Source of the DNA: a candidate division FCPU426 bacterium
GTDB taxonomy: Bacteria; Oederibacteriota; JAAXVQ01; JAUVAV01
Assembly: GCA_030637655.1 (NCBI GenBank)
Contig: DAOWGI010000012.1
Span: forward strand, 1-26,740
Reading direction: 5' to 3'
DNA length: 26,740 nt
The position numbers and the translations under genes were made by a program. Each line of letters begins with the position of its first letter. Within the stretch, counting starts at the first letter, position 1. Positions 1 through 7,226 of the stretch are shown here, one piece after another. A model generated the notes under the pieces. The model ran no database searches. It was given only the letters and a program-made list of their open reading frames with translations, and was not told the origin of the DNA.

Positions 1-139
1 CCAGGGACGCGACTTGCCTCCGTAGGTGCAAATTCAAAATTGCCGATCAGCTAAGTTATTTAGAATTTCGTATCCGGCTGGGTAAGAGCGCGCTTTCCCC
101 CTGGGAAAAAATAAATCAGCAGACCATATGTCTTTCTCG

Positions 140-377
140 CTTCACTGATATGTTACGCCGTAAAGAACGCAAAAAAATCTTTTTGACAGGATAACAGGAT
201 TGACGGAATTTATTTAAAATCCCGTATATCTTGTTGATCCTGTCAAAAATCTTTGGTTCCGGTTTGTCCGGGTTATGGATAAAAAAAATTTAATCGGCGT
301 ATATCAGCGTGTATCGGCGGTTAATTTTGGTTCCGGTTTGTCCGGATTAGGTTTTCCCAGCTTCACTGACATGTTAC
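140..377. repeat. Composite REP/MITE-like palindromic cluster
   Basis: CTTCACTGA(T/C)ATGTTAC at 140-156 and 361-377. Hairpin TTTTGACAGGAT(181-192)/ATCCTGTCAAAA(237-248). 156-275 resembles 17433-17552. 294-377 is an inverted near-copy of 12731-12815. TTGGTTCCGGTTTGTCCGG occurs twice. Confidence 0.85.
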
Positions 378-450
378 TGGCACAATATCTATAATGGAAT
401 GGATATGCGGGGCCAAAGATATGGCCGGCGGTTCATACGTGAGAGTCTAC

Positions 451-1404
451 TCATTCCCGGGCGATAATAAAGAAAATGTAGGCAGTATAAATACCTAAAA
501 ATAAAATTCCTTCCCAACGCGAGATTTTTTTCTGAGTCAGAGCCAAGGGGAAAAGCAAACAGGATAAACCAAGTACTACCGGAAAATCAAAGCGTAAAGC
601 AGCGGCTGGAATCCGGATAGGATGGATCGTAGCAACACAACCTAAAATTAATAATAAGTTAAAAAGATTTGATCCGACCAGATTGCCTAAGGCCAAGTCG
701 ATTTTATTGCGCAGGACGGCAATAATGGAAGCTGCCAGTTCAGGCAATGAAGTTCCCAAAGCCACGATGGACAGGCCGATAAAAAATTCCGACACTCCAA
801 AGAGCCGGGCTGTGGTTATGGCGCCCAGCACAAATAATTTTGAGCCGCCGATCAATCCAATAAAGCCGAGTAAGATAAAAAGAATATCCAGCCAGGGAGA
901 GGGTAAGATACTGGAATCCTCAACCTGTGCTTCAGGAAATTCGGTCCGGTGTTTTCTGGCATTCACTAGGCAATAGAACAGGAAAACAACCAGCATACCA
1001 AGGAGCAGGACACCCTCTTTTCTCTCTAGTAGTCCATTGCGGCTAAAAAACCAGGTGATGCCGGCAGTGATGGACAAGAAGGGGATCTCCAGCCTAATTG
1101 TTGAAGCTTGGACAGTGAGAATACGTATTAAGGCTGAAATGCCCAGTACCAGACCGAGGTTGGCAATATTAGAACCCAGAACATTTCCAATAGCAATGTC
1201 TTGATTGCCTTGTAAGGAAGCGGTTAAGGAAACAAATAATTCCGGGGCAGAGGTTCCGAAGCCAATAATGGTCAATCCAACCACGAGTTGTGACAGGCCG
1301 CGCCGAAACGCGAGGGAAGCAGAACCACGAACAACTGCTTCGCCACCCAACCATAAAAAAACACCGCCGATAGCCAACTCAATAAATGCTAAAAATACTG
1401 TCAT
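451..1404 (-). CDS. Calcium/sodium antiporter (CaCA family, YrbG-like)
   Basis: Two alpha-repeats, GTSAPE...GNVLGSNIAN and GTSLPE...GNLVGSNLFN; about 10 TM helices; RBS AGAGG upstream. Confidence 0.95.
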   Translation of the reverse strand: MTVFLAFIELAIGGVFLWLGGEAVVRGSASLAFRRGLSQLVVGLTIIGFGTSAPELFVSLTASLQGNQDIAIGNVLGSNIANLGLVLGISALIRILTVQASTIRLEIPFLSITAGITWFFSRNGLLERKEGVLLLGMLVVFLFYCLVNARKHRTEFPEAQVEDSSILPSPWLDILFILLGFIGLIGGSKLFVLGAITTARLFGVSEFFIGLSIVALGTSLPELAASIIAVLRNKIDLALGNLVGSNLFNLLLILGCVATIHPIRIPAAALRFDFPVVLGLSCLLFPLALTQKKISRWEGILFLGIYTAYIFFIIARE

Positions 1405-1425
1405 GTTAACCTCTTAATAATAATG

Positions 1426-1726
1426 TAAAACCTCTGAAAAAGTCATTGCGGGGAGATTTAGGCCTCCGGTCTAGGAGCCTGTCGGACTTATCATGCAATT
1501 GAGCCATAATAACACAAGTTACCCCTTTGAAAAAGGGGGATTTTTAGTGGGGATATAAATTGACCAGTAGCTTAATTTTAGATGTTTAAAGTTTGAAAAG
1601 CTCCTAGACCGGAGGAAGGATCGGACTCCCATTGGTTGCAATCTCAGAAAATCCTTTAAAGACAAGATTGCTTCGCTTTGCTCGCAATGATTTTTAGTGA
1701 TTTCAGGCATTTTTTCAAAGGTTTTA
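1426..1726. mobile_element. Nested non-autonomous element (MITE/REP within MITE)
   Basis: Outer IR TAAAACCTCTGAAAAA(1426-1441)/TTTTTCAAAGGTTTTA(1711-1726). TCATTGCG...CGCAATGA REP arms. Perfect 16-bp IR at 1463-1478/1600-1615. Inner hairpin CCCCTTT-GAA-AAAGGGG at 1522-1538. Confidence 0.75.
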
Positions 1727-1742
1727 TGTATTTTTGTATATA

Positions 1743-1774
1743 AACAGGGGCGCAGTTATGGACGCGCTCCTGTT
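1743..1774 (-). terminator. Probable intrinsic terminator hairpin downstream of the HD-GYP gene
   Basis: AACAGGGGCGC...GCGCTCCTGTT stem about 50 nt after the stop at 1826; short U-tract on the minus strand. Confidence 0.45.
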
Positions 1775-1825
1775 CGTAAATTAAAGCCTAACTCTGAACA
1801 CTTTTTTTGTTCTCTTGGAAAGTTA

Positions 1826-2977
1826 TTAGGACATTTCGCGGTGAATCTCACACATTTCATCAAAACGGTTTAAAAAGACATCCAACATATCAGGATCAAA
1901 ATGTGTTTTGCTGCTGCTTTGGAGTATGCCGCGAACTTTTTCCGGTGGAAAGGGATCTTTGTACGGTCGCTTGGAGGAGAGTGCGTCGAATACGTCAATG
2001 ATGGACAGTAATCGAGCAGTGAGTGGAATATTAGCGCCCTTGAGTTGCTTGGGATATCCGGAACCATCCCATTTTTCATGATGACAAGTAGCGATATCCA
2101 CTGCCAATTGCAGGAGTGGCGCTTGTCCTAAAATTTCACCACCCTTGGTGGCATGGGTTTTCATCACTTCCATCTCAGCATCATCCAGTCGTCCGGGTTT
2201 CAAAAGAATAGCATCCGGGATGGCAATCTTTCCAATGTCATGCATCATCATGGAGACGCGCAGGTTTTCATGTTCTTTTTCCGGTATGCCAAATTCCGGC
2301 GCCAAACGTAAGGCGTATTCGCCGCAGCGTTCAATATGTTTACCAGTATCCACGTCACGGTAGATTTCTGCTTTGGACATGTTCAACATACTATCGATGT
2401 ACGCACGCTTGACTTCATCATACAAACGGGCATTGTCAATGGCAATAGATATTTCAGCAGCCATGTTTTTCAGCTTTTTCTCATCCTGTTTGGAAAATGT
2501 GCCCTGCGCTTTATTTAATACTTCCAACACTCCGATACGTTTGCCCCTGATAGGCAGTGGAGTAGCGATCAGGTTTTTAGTCACGAATTTGGTTTTGTCA
2601 TCCACTTTTTTATAGAAAAAAGAACTCTTAGCAGCGTCAGGGATGAGTAATGTTCTTCCGGTTTGGAATGAGCGGCCGGCCACTCCCTTGTCTGCAGGCA
2701 TGCGAATCACCTTGAGGATCTCTTTTTTCGCGCCGGTGGCCAGATAAAATTTGAGTTCATTGGTTTCAGGATCATGCAGCAGAATGGATGATGCAGTGGC
2801 AGACAAGGTTTTTTCCATGAGTTTCATGGAAAGGTGCAATACTTCGTCAATATTCAGAGAAGAATTGATCAATTTGATAATACGATTTTGAGAAGTAGGA
2901 TCCAGCTTTGCTTTGGAAGCGGTTTTCTTTTTTGTTGGTTCGGATTTAAGTGTTTTTTTAGTTTTGGCTTTTTTCAT
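1826..2977 (-). CDS. GAF + HD-GYP cyclic di-GMP phosphodiesterase
   Basis: HDIGK, HHEKWDGSGYP and DVFDALSSKRPYK motifs; GAF segment (GVAG...PLPIRGKRIGVLEVLNK...FSKQD). Start moved to ATG 2977 (AGGGAG upstream); ORF track starts at 3010. Confidence 0.93.
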   Translation of the reverse strand: MKKAKTKKTLKSEPTKKKTASKAKLDPTSQNRIIKLINSSLNIDEVLHLSMKLMEKTLSATASSILLHDPETNELKFYLATGAKKEILKVIRMPADKGVAGRSFQTGRTLLIPDAAKSSFFYKKVDDKTKFVTKNLIATPLPIRGKRIGVLEVLNKAQGTFSKQDEKKLKNMAAEISIAIDNARLYDEVKRAYIDSMLNMSKAEIYRDVDTGKHIERCGEYALRLAPEFGIPEKEHENLRVSMMMHDIGKIAIPDAILLKPGRLDDAEMEVMKTHATKGGEILGQAPLLQLAVDIATCHHEKWDGSGYPKQLKGANIPLTARLLSIIDVFDALSSKRPYKDPFPPEKVRGILQSSSKTHFDPDMLDVFLNRFDEMCEIHREMS

Positions 2978-3119
2978 AACCCCGGCTCCCTTGCATATTT
3001 GATTTTGCATTTTGACATGAAGGTAAGGATTTTGTAAACCTTAACATCACTAATTATATTCGGCAGCCAGGTGAAAAAATGGAGGGTGAGAGTGTGAAAA
3101 AGGGAATGAAATTATGCGC

Positions 3120-4538
3120 TTACCCCGGCCACTCGCTTGGCCCGGATTCTGTCAGTGGGTCAAGAGCTGCTTGGGCAGTATACACTTTGCGCTGGTGTTG
3201 ACTGTATTCGTGCCATATCCAGATACCGGCAATGAGAAAAGCCAGGGCATCAGCAATCGGCAGCGACATCCAGATGCCGTTGAGACCGAAAAACTTCGGC
3301 AACACAATCAAGAGCGGCAGCAGGAGCAGCAGTTGGCGCGAGAGCGAGATAAACATAGCAGCCCGGCCTTTGCCCAGGCCCTGGAAAGTGGTGATCCACA
3401 TAAAGGGCGGACCAACCAGAGGTAAGGCCAGGGTCGCGATACGCGTGGCATGAATGGCTAAAGGCAAAAAGTTTTCTTCTTGCGTAAAGAGACGAATCCA
3501 GAAGGCTGGAAATAATTGGAGGAGGATAAATCCAAAACCGATAATACAAAAAGAGCCCAGTGTGGCTAAGCGGACAGCGCGCCACAAACGGTGAAGTTGC
3601 AGGGCTCCATAATTATAACCGACAATCGGTAAAAGCCCTTGGGCCAGACCTGCAGTGGGCATTATAATTAATGAGAAGAGCCGGAAAACCAGTCCAAACG
3701 CAGCAATGGCAGAAGCGCCATAACTGTTTAAAAGTCGATTGACAAATAGAATAATAAAGGCACCAACCAGTTGCATGGTCAGGGTAGGCAGGCCAACCTG
3801 GTAAATGCCCGATAATATGGCAAAATCGGGTCGCAGAAACTTCCAACGAATCCGATATCCGGAAAAGTATAATAAATATATGCAATTGGCCAAGAAACCC
3901 ATAGCTTGTGAAATCAAGGTGGCAATAGCCGCGCCTTTCACGCCCCAGGCTGGAAAAAAACCGATTCCAAAAATCAGTAAGGGATCTAGGATCATATTCA
4001 CAATTGCCGAAGTGCCCATGAAAATCATGGGAGCAATAGTGTTGCCGGAACCGCGCAGTATATTATTGGACATCATTGAGAAAAAAACGAAGAAAACACC
4101 AAATCCAATGATGGTCAGATAAATTCGGGAGTACTCGTGAATGTCAGGAGTGCTGCCGGAAATTCTAACCAGGGTATCTGCGAAAAAGGTGGTGAAAAAG
4201 CAAAAAAGCAGGCCGAAACCAAATGTGATGGGAAAGACCTGCCCGGCAATATGATTGGTTTCCTCAGAGAGTTTTTGTCCAAAACGCCGGGAAATCAAGG
4301 AAGCAAAACCAGCGCCGGATCCAACCCCGATAGCGACCAGCAGCATTTGATAGGGAAAAGCAATGGTTATGGCAGCAATAGCATTCGACCCTAATTTGGC
4401 AACCCAAAAGGTATCCGTAATGTTATAGAGGGTCATGATGAACATAGAAACCATGCCGGGAAGACCGAGACGTAATAATAGCCGGCCGACCGGAGCAGTG
4501 CCTAGTTGTTCTGTGTGAGTGTGCGTTCGTGCGGTCAT
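3120..4538 (-). CDS. MATE family efflux transporter (MepA-like)
   Basis: YNITDTFWV, LRGSGNT, NMILDPLLIFG, GVKGAAIATLISQ, GYNYGA; about 12 TM. Confidence 0.95.
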   Translation of the reverse strand: MTARTHTHTEQLGTAPVGRLLLRLGLPGMVSMFIMTLYNITDTFWVAKLGSNAIAAITIAFPYQMLLVAIGVGSGAGFASLISRRFGQKLSEETNHIAGQVFPITFGFGLLFCFFTTFFADTLVRISGSTPDIHEYSRIYLTIIGFGVFFVFFSMMSNNILRGSGNTIAPMIFMGTSAIVNMILDPLLIFGIGFFPAWGVKGAAIATLISQAMGFLANCIYLLYFSGYRIRWKFLRPDFAILSGIYQVGLPTLTMQLVGAFIILFVNRLLNSYGASAIAAFGLVFRLFSLIIMPTAGLAQGLLPIVGYNYGALQLHRLWRAVRLATLGSFCIIGFGFILLQLFPAFWIRLFTQEENFLPLAIHATRIATLALPLVGPPFMWITTFQGLGKGRAAMFISLSRQLLLLLPLLIVLPKFFGLNGIWMSLPIADALAFLIAGIWIWHEYSQHQRKVYTAQAALDPLTESGPSEWPG

Positions 4539-4759
4539 GCCTGAACCTCAGAAATATAAAATTGCCCCAAATTAGCACATATTACTTCAGATGTCGAGTT
4601 GCGAAGTCGGAGCATGTTGCAGCAAAGTGATAATGTCCTATTTTGTACTATCGCCAACTAACCCAGGAAAGAAAGTTGGCTATGCGAATAGTTCATAAAT
4701 ATTATCAGGAATGACGGATTCCGGTAAACCACTAGGAGTCTGAGCATTTAGTACGTTTT

Positions 4760-5006
4760 GTCATTCCGGCATTTCGTCACCCCGGTATGCAGTTAACCGG
4801 GGCGGAATCCAGGGGATTTATCAATTAAAACAGCTTATCCTGGACCCCGGCTAAAATCATGCCGGGGTGACGATCATGCCGGCTGGGAAGTGTCCCTATA
4901 TATCTTTTCCTGTCGGGGAATGATGACATTTGGAAGTCATGCGGTTGATGCCAATGTTTGAAAAAATATTTTTCCGCAACAGAAACTAACTACATGCCGG
5001 GATGAC
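4760..5006. repeat. Nested GTCA(T/C)CCCG-type palindromic repeat cluster
   Basis: Outer GTCATTCCGGCAT(4760)/ATGCCGGGATGAC(ends 5006); inner TCGTCACCCCGGTATG/CATGCCGGGGTGACGA. 4766-4815 is identical to 26644-26693; 4876-4928 is an inverted copy of 26598-26650. Confidence 0.88.
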
Positions 5007-5057
5007 GATGCTGTAATGACTATAGAAGTACCTACCGTCAATAGAAAGGATCTCTGA

Positions 5058-5084
5058 TTTACCCACACGAAACTCGGAAGAGCC
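5058..5084 (+). mobile_element. Isolated ISL3-like right-end remnant
   Basis: TTTACCCACACGAAACTCGGAAGAGCC: terminal GAAGAGCC (GGCTCT-type IR) that translates LPTRNSEEP / THTKLGRA, recalled as typical ISL3 transposase C-termini. No transposase body present. Confidence 0.5.
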
Positions 5085-5099
5085 ACATAATATTCTTCC

Positions 5100-5978
5100 T
5101 TACTTCAAATCTTCAAAAACATCATTTAGCGCATTAAGTGTCTGTTGCAGGTTGAAAATCCTTTTCTCCTCAAGCGTAAGCACATCCAGAAGTTCAGCCT
5201 CAAGGCGCGAGCTCATGTCCGCCAGCTCTTTTTTCGACCTTCCCAAATTGATACGGTATTTTTTAAGCTCATTATCAAATCCATCCTCAACAAGTTTCCG
5301 CCTGAATAATCGCCTTAATTCTTTGTCCTGAAAATTGAACCCGGCCTTGAGTAGATAACCCAGGTCATAAAAGTCCCGGGGAGCGATTGTAAGGCGCGTG
5401 GACGCTGCCCGCAATTTTTCAGCCACCAGCTCTTTTACAGCAAGACAATTGACCATTCCGCCGTCAAAAAGCGGTTCCTGGGTGAAGGGATGTAAAAAAA
5501 CATGTTTAACTTTTTGTTTAGCTGTCGGCAGAAACGGGTTAAACCGTAATCCAATCTCCAGTTTAATGGACTGGTTATTGCCCAGAACAACCGAATCATA
5601 ATCTATCACATAAATATACTGTTTGGACTCGTTATGCCCGGCCTTATCCACGACTTCAATTTTCATACCGAACCCTTGGGCAAAAGACCGGATATTTTCT
5701 TTAACCGGTTTGATCGTATTCCGGCGCACGGCGCGCGTAATATCGCCTGCCGGCAGGTTCATCGAAAAATCAAGATCTTCACTCAGCCGGTAATAGGAAT
5801 AATAAATCTTGCTTAAACACGTCCCGCCTTTGAATACCAGCTCCTCGCTCACGCGGTTAATCCCGGAAAGCAAAATCGTGATGTAATAATCCTTTTCCAA
5901 AAGGGATAAAGGAAATTCCGTCTGCGCTGAGGTGCGCTCCAGCATCTTTAAAAATTCGTCTTTATTATTGTGCAGCAT
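5100..5978 (-). CDS. abiEii: AbiEii/AbiGii-family nucleotidyltransferase toxin (type IV TA)
   Basis: LEKDY, FKGGT.L.K.Y...RLSEDLDF, EKLRA, RDFYDL. Start set at ATG 5978, overlapping the antitoxin end by 14 bp (ORF track start 6032). Confidence 0.92.
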   Translation of the reverse strand: MLHNNKDEFLKMLERTSAQTEFPLSLLEKDYYITILLSGINRVSEELVFKGGTCLSKIYYSYYRLSEDLDFSMNLPAGDITRAVRRNTIKPVKENIRSFAQGFGMKIEVVDKAGHNESKQYIYVIDYDSVVLGNNQSIKLEIGLRFNPFLPTAKQKVKHVFLHPFTQEPLFDGGMVNCLAVKELVAEKLRAASTRLTIAPRDFYDLGYLLKAGFNFQDKELRRLFRRKLVEDGFDNELKKYRINLGRSKKELADMSSRLEAELLDVLTLEEKRIFNLQQTLNALNDVFEDLK

Positions 5979-6753
5979 CCCGGATAATCTTCCATTTATT
6001 ATTAATCGATCCTTGGCGTGATTTTGAACCACAAAGAGTAACCAATGTGTTTTTGCCTTGGATGCTTTTTGCCAGAGGCACGATCAATTTTTTAGATAGC
6101 CCGGACTGTTCCAACACAAAACCTATTCTTTTGCGGGTGGAAATAGCGGGGAATACCGTGGCATAATTGATCAGCTTCTTTTTATCAATATTGCCCGACA
6201 TGCTTTGCATTTTGAATATTTCGATGGCTTGCTTTAGTCCACCCACGGGATCAGGATAATAGACAAGATCAACGAGCGTTCTTTCTTTGTCGCTGACAAT
6301 AACTTTTGCATCTCTGAGCTTAATTTTTACCAGACCGTACATGCGGCGTTCGGGAATTTTTAGAAGTTTGAATGATACCCCGCCCATCACGCGCTCGCGC
6401 TGCAGTGAGGTATTTAGAATGTGAAATGTCTGAAAAAGCTGCTCCGTAAATCCATAGTAGTTATACATCGTAGAGTAACCCACATAATAGTTGTTCCGTG
6501 GGAAAAGAACCGGCGGGATCAAAAACTCATTGATCCTGCTGCCGGCCGGTCCAGCTTCCAAGGGCGAGTAATAATAAATTCCTTTGATGATCGGCTTCAG
6601 CACGCCCTTTTTTTTCAACTGATAGATAATTTGACGCGTTAGCAGAGACCGGCCAAAAAGTTTATCAAACTGCGCCTTGGTAATAAGGGTTGTTTTTTCG
6701 TATGCCAGACGGGAAATAACTTCTGTTTCTTTGGGTCCGAAATATTTTGCCAT
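5965..6753 (-). CDS. abiEi: AbiEi-family antitoxin / transcriptional regulator (type IV TA)
   Basis: N-terminal wHTH-like region (LKKKGVLKPIIKGIY), Y..Y.....YYGFTEQ, VSDKERTLVD..P..VGG; directly upstream of and overlapping the AbiEii gene. Confidence 0.9.
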   Translation of the reverse strand: MAKYFGPKETEVISRLAYEKTTLITKAQFDKLFGRSLLTRQIIYQLKKKGVLKPIIKGIYYYSPLEAGPAGSRINEFLIPPVLFPRNNYYVGYSTMYNYYGFTEQLFQTFHILNTSLQRERVMGGVSFKLLKIPERRMYGLVKIKLRDAKVIVSDKERTLVDLVYYPDPVGGLKQAIEIFKMQSMSGNIDKKKLINYATVFPAISTRKRIGFVLEQSGLSKKLIVPLAKSIQGKNTLVTLCGSKSRQGSINNKWKIIRDAAQ

Positions 6754-6759
6754 TGTCTT

Positions 6760-6927
6760 ATAATTTACCTTTATCGCTTAGTGGCCGATTATCGTAAATT
6801 ATTTATACAACACAAAAAGAGGATTGTCACTGAATTTATCATAAAAACCAGGTGGTATCATGTTCAAAAAATATTCGATTATCGGTAAATTGGTTAATAA
6901 AGACATGCTGGCATTTTACCAATATCG
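6760..6927. promoter_or_regulatory. Candidate AbiEi operator inverted repeats
   Basis: Imperfect IR ATAATTTACCTTTATCG(6760-6776)/CGATTATCGTAAATTAT(6786-6802); further half-sites CGATTATCGGTAAATT(6876-6891) and TTTACCAATATCG(6915-6927). Confidence 0.45.
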
Positions 6928-7058
6928 GCAGAGTGATTGGTGCGATATGCCGGAGGATGGATGATAAGAAATTAGTTATCAAAAAAAGTTTGACAAAATC
7001 CGAAATAGTGTGTCGATGATTAAAAACAGTCGCGAAGTCGGAGCATACTGGTATTTGC

Positions 7059-7087
7059 TTGCTCAAGCTAGTCGCATAGCATATAAT
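7059..7087 (+). promoter_or_regulatory. Putative sigma70 promoter for the HD-GYP/uppP operon
   Basis: TTGCTC-17 nt-TATAAT. Confidence 0.5.
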
Positions 7088-7226
7088 GCCAAATATTTAT
7101 TAATAGAAAATATAGTTAAGTGCAGTTGCATAAAGTCGAAGATAATTAAGGGTAAAACCAACGGAAATCACCGGACTGAAGATGAAAACGTTGGCCTAAT
7201 GAGCGGGAATTTAAAATGAGGTTGTT

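Noticed and set aside
3-194. Open frame at the window edge (RDATC...IFLTG*)
   Set aside because: No recognisable motif and the last part reads through repeat DNA; cannot be judged without upstream sequence.
1519-1710. 63-aa minus-strand ORF
   Set aside because: Lies wholly within the nested repeat element (HCEQSEAI is translated REP sequence).
6839-7219. Short ORFs 6839-7066 and 7010-7219
   Set aside because: They overlap AT-rich divergent promoter DNA, lack a clear RBS and show no motifs.
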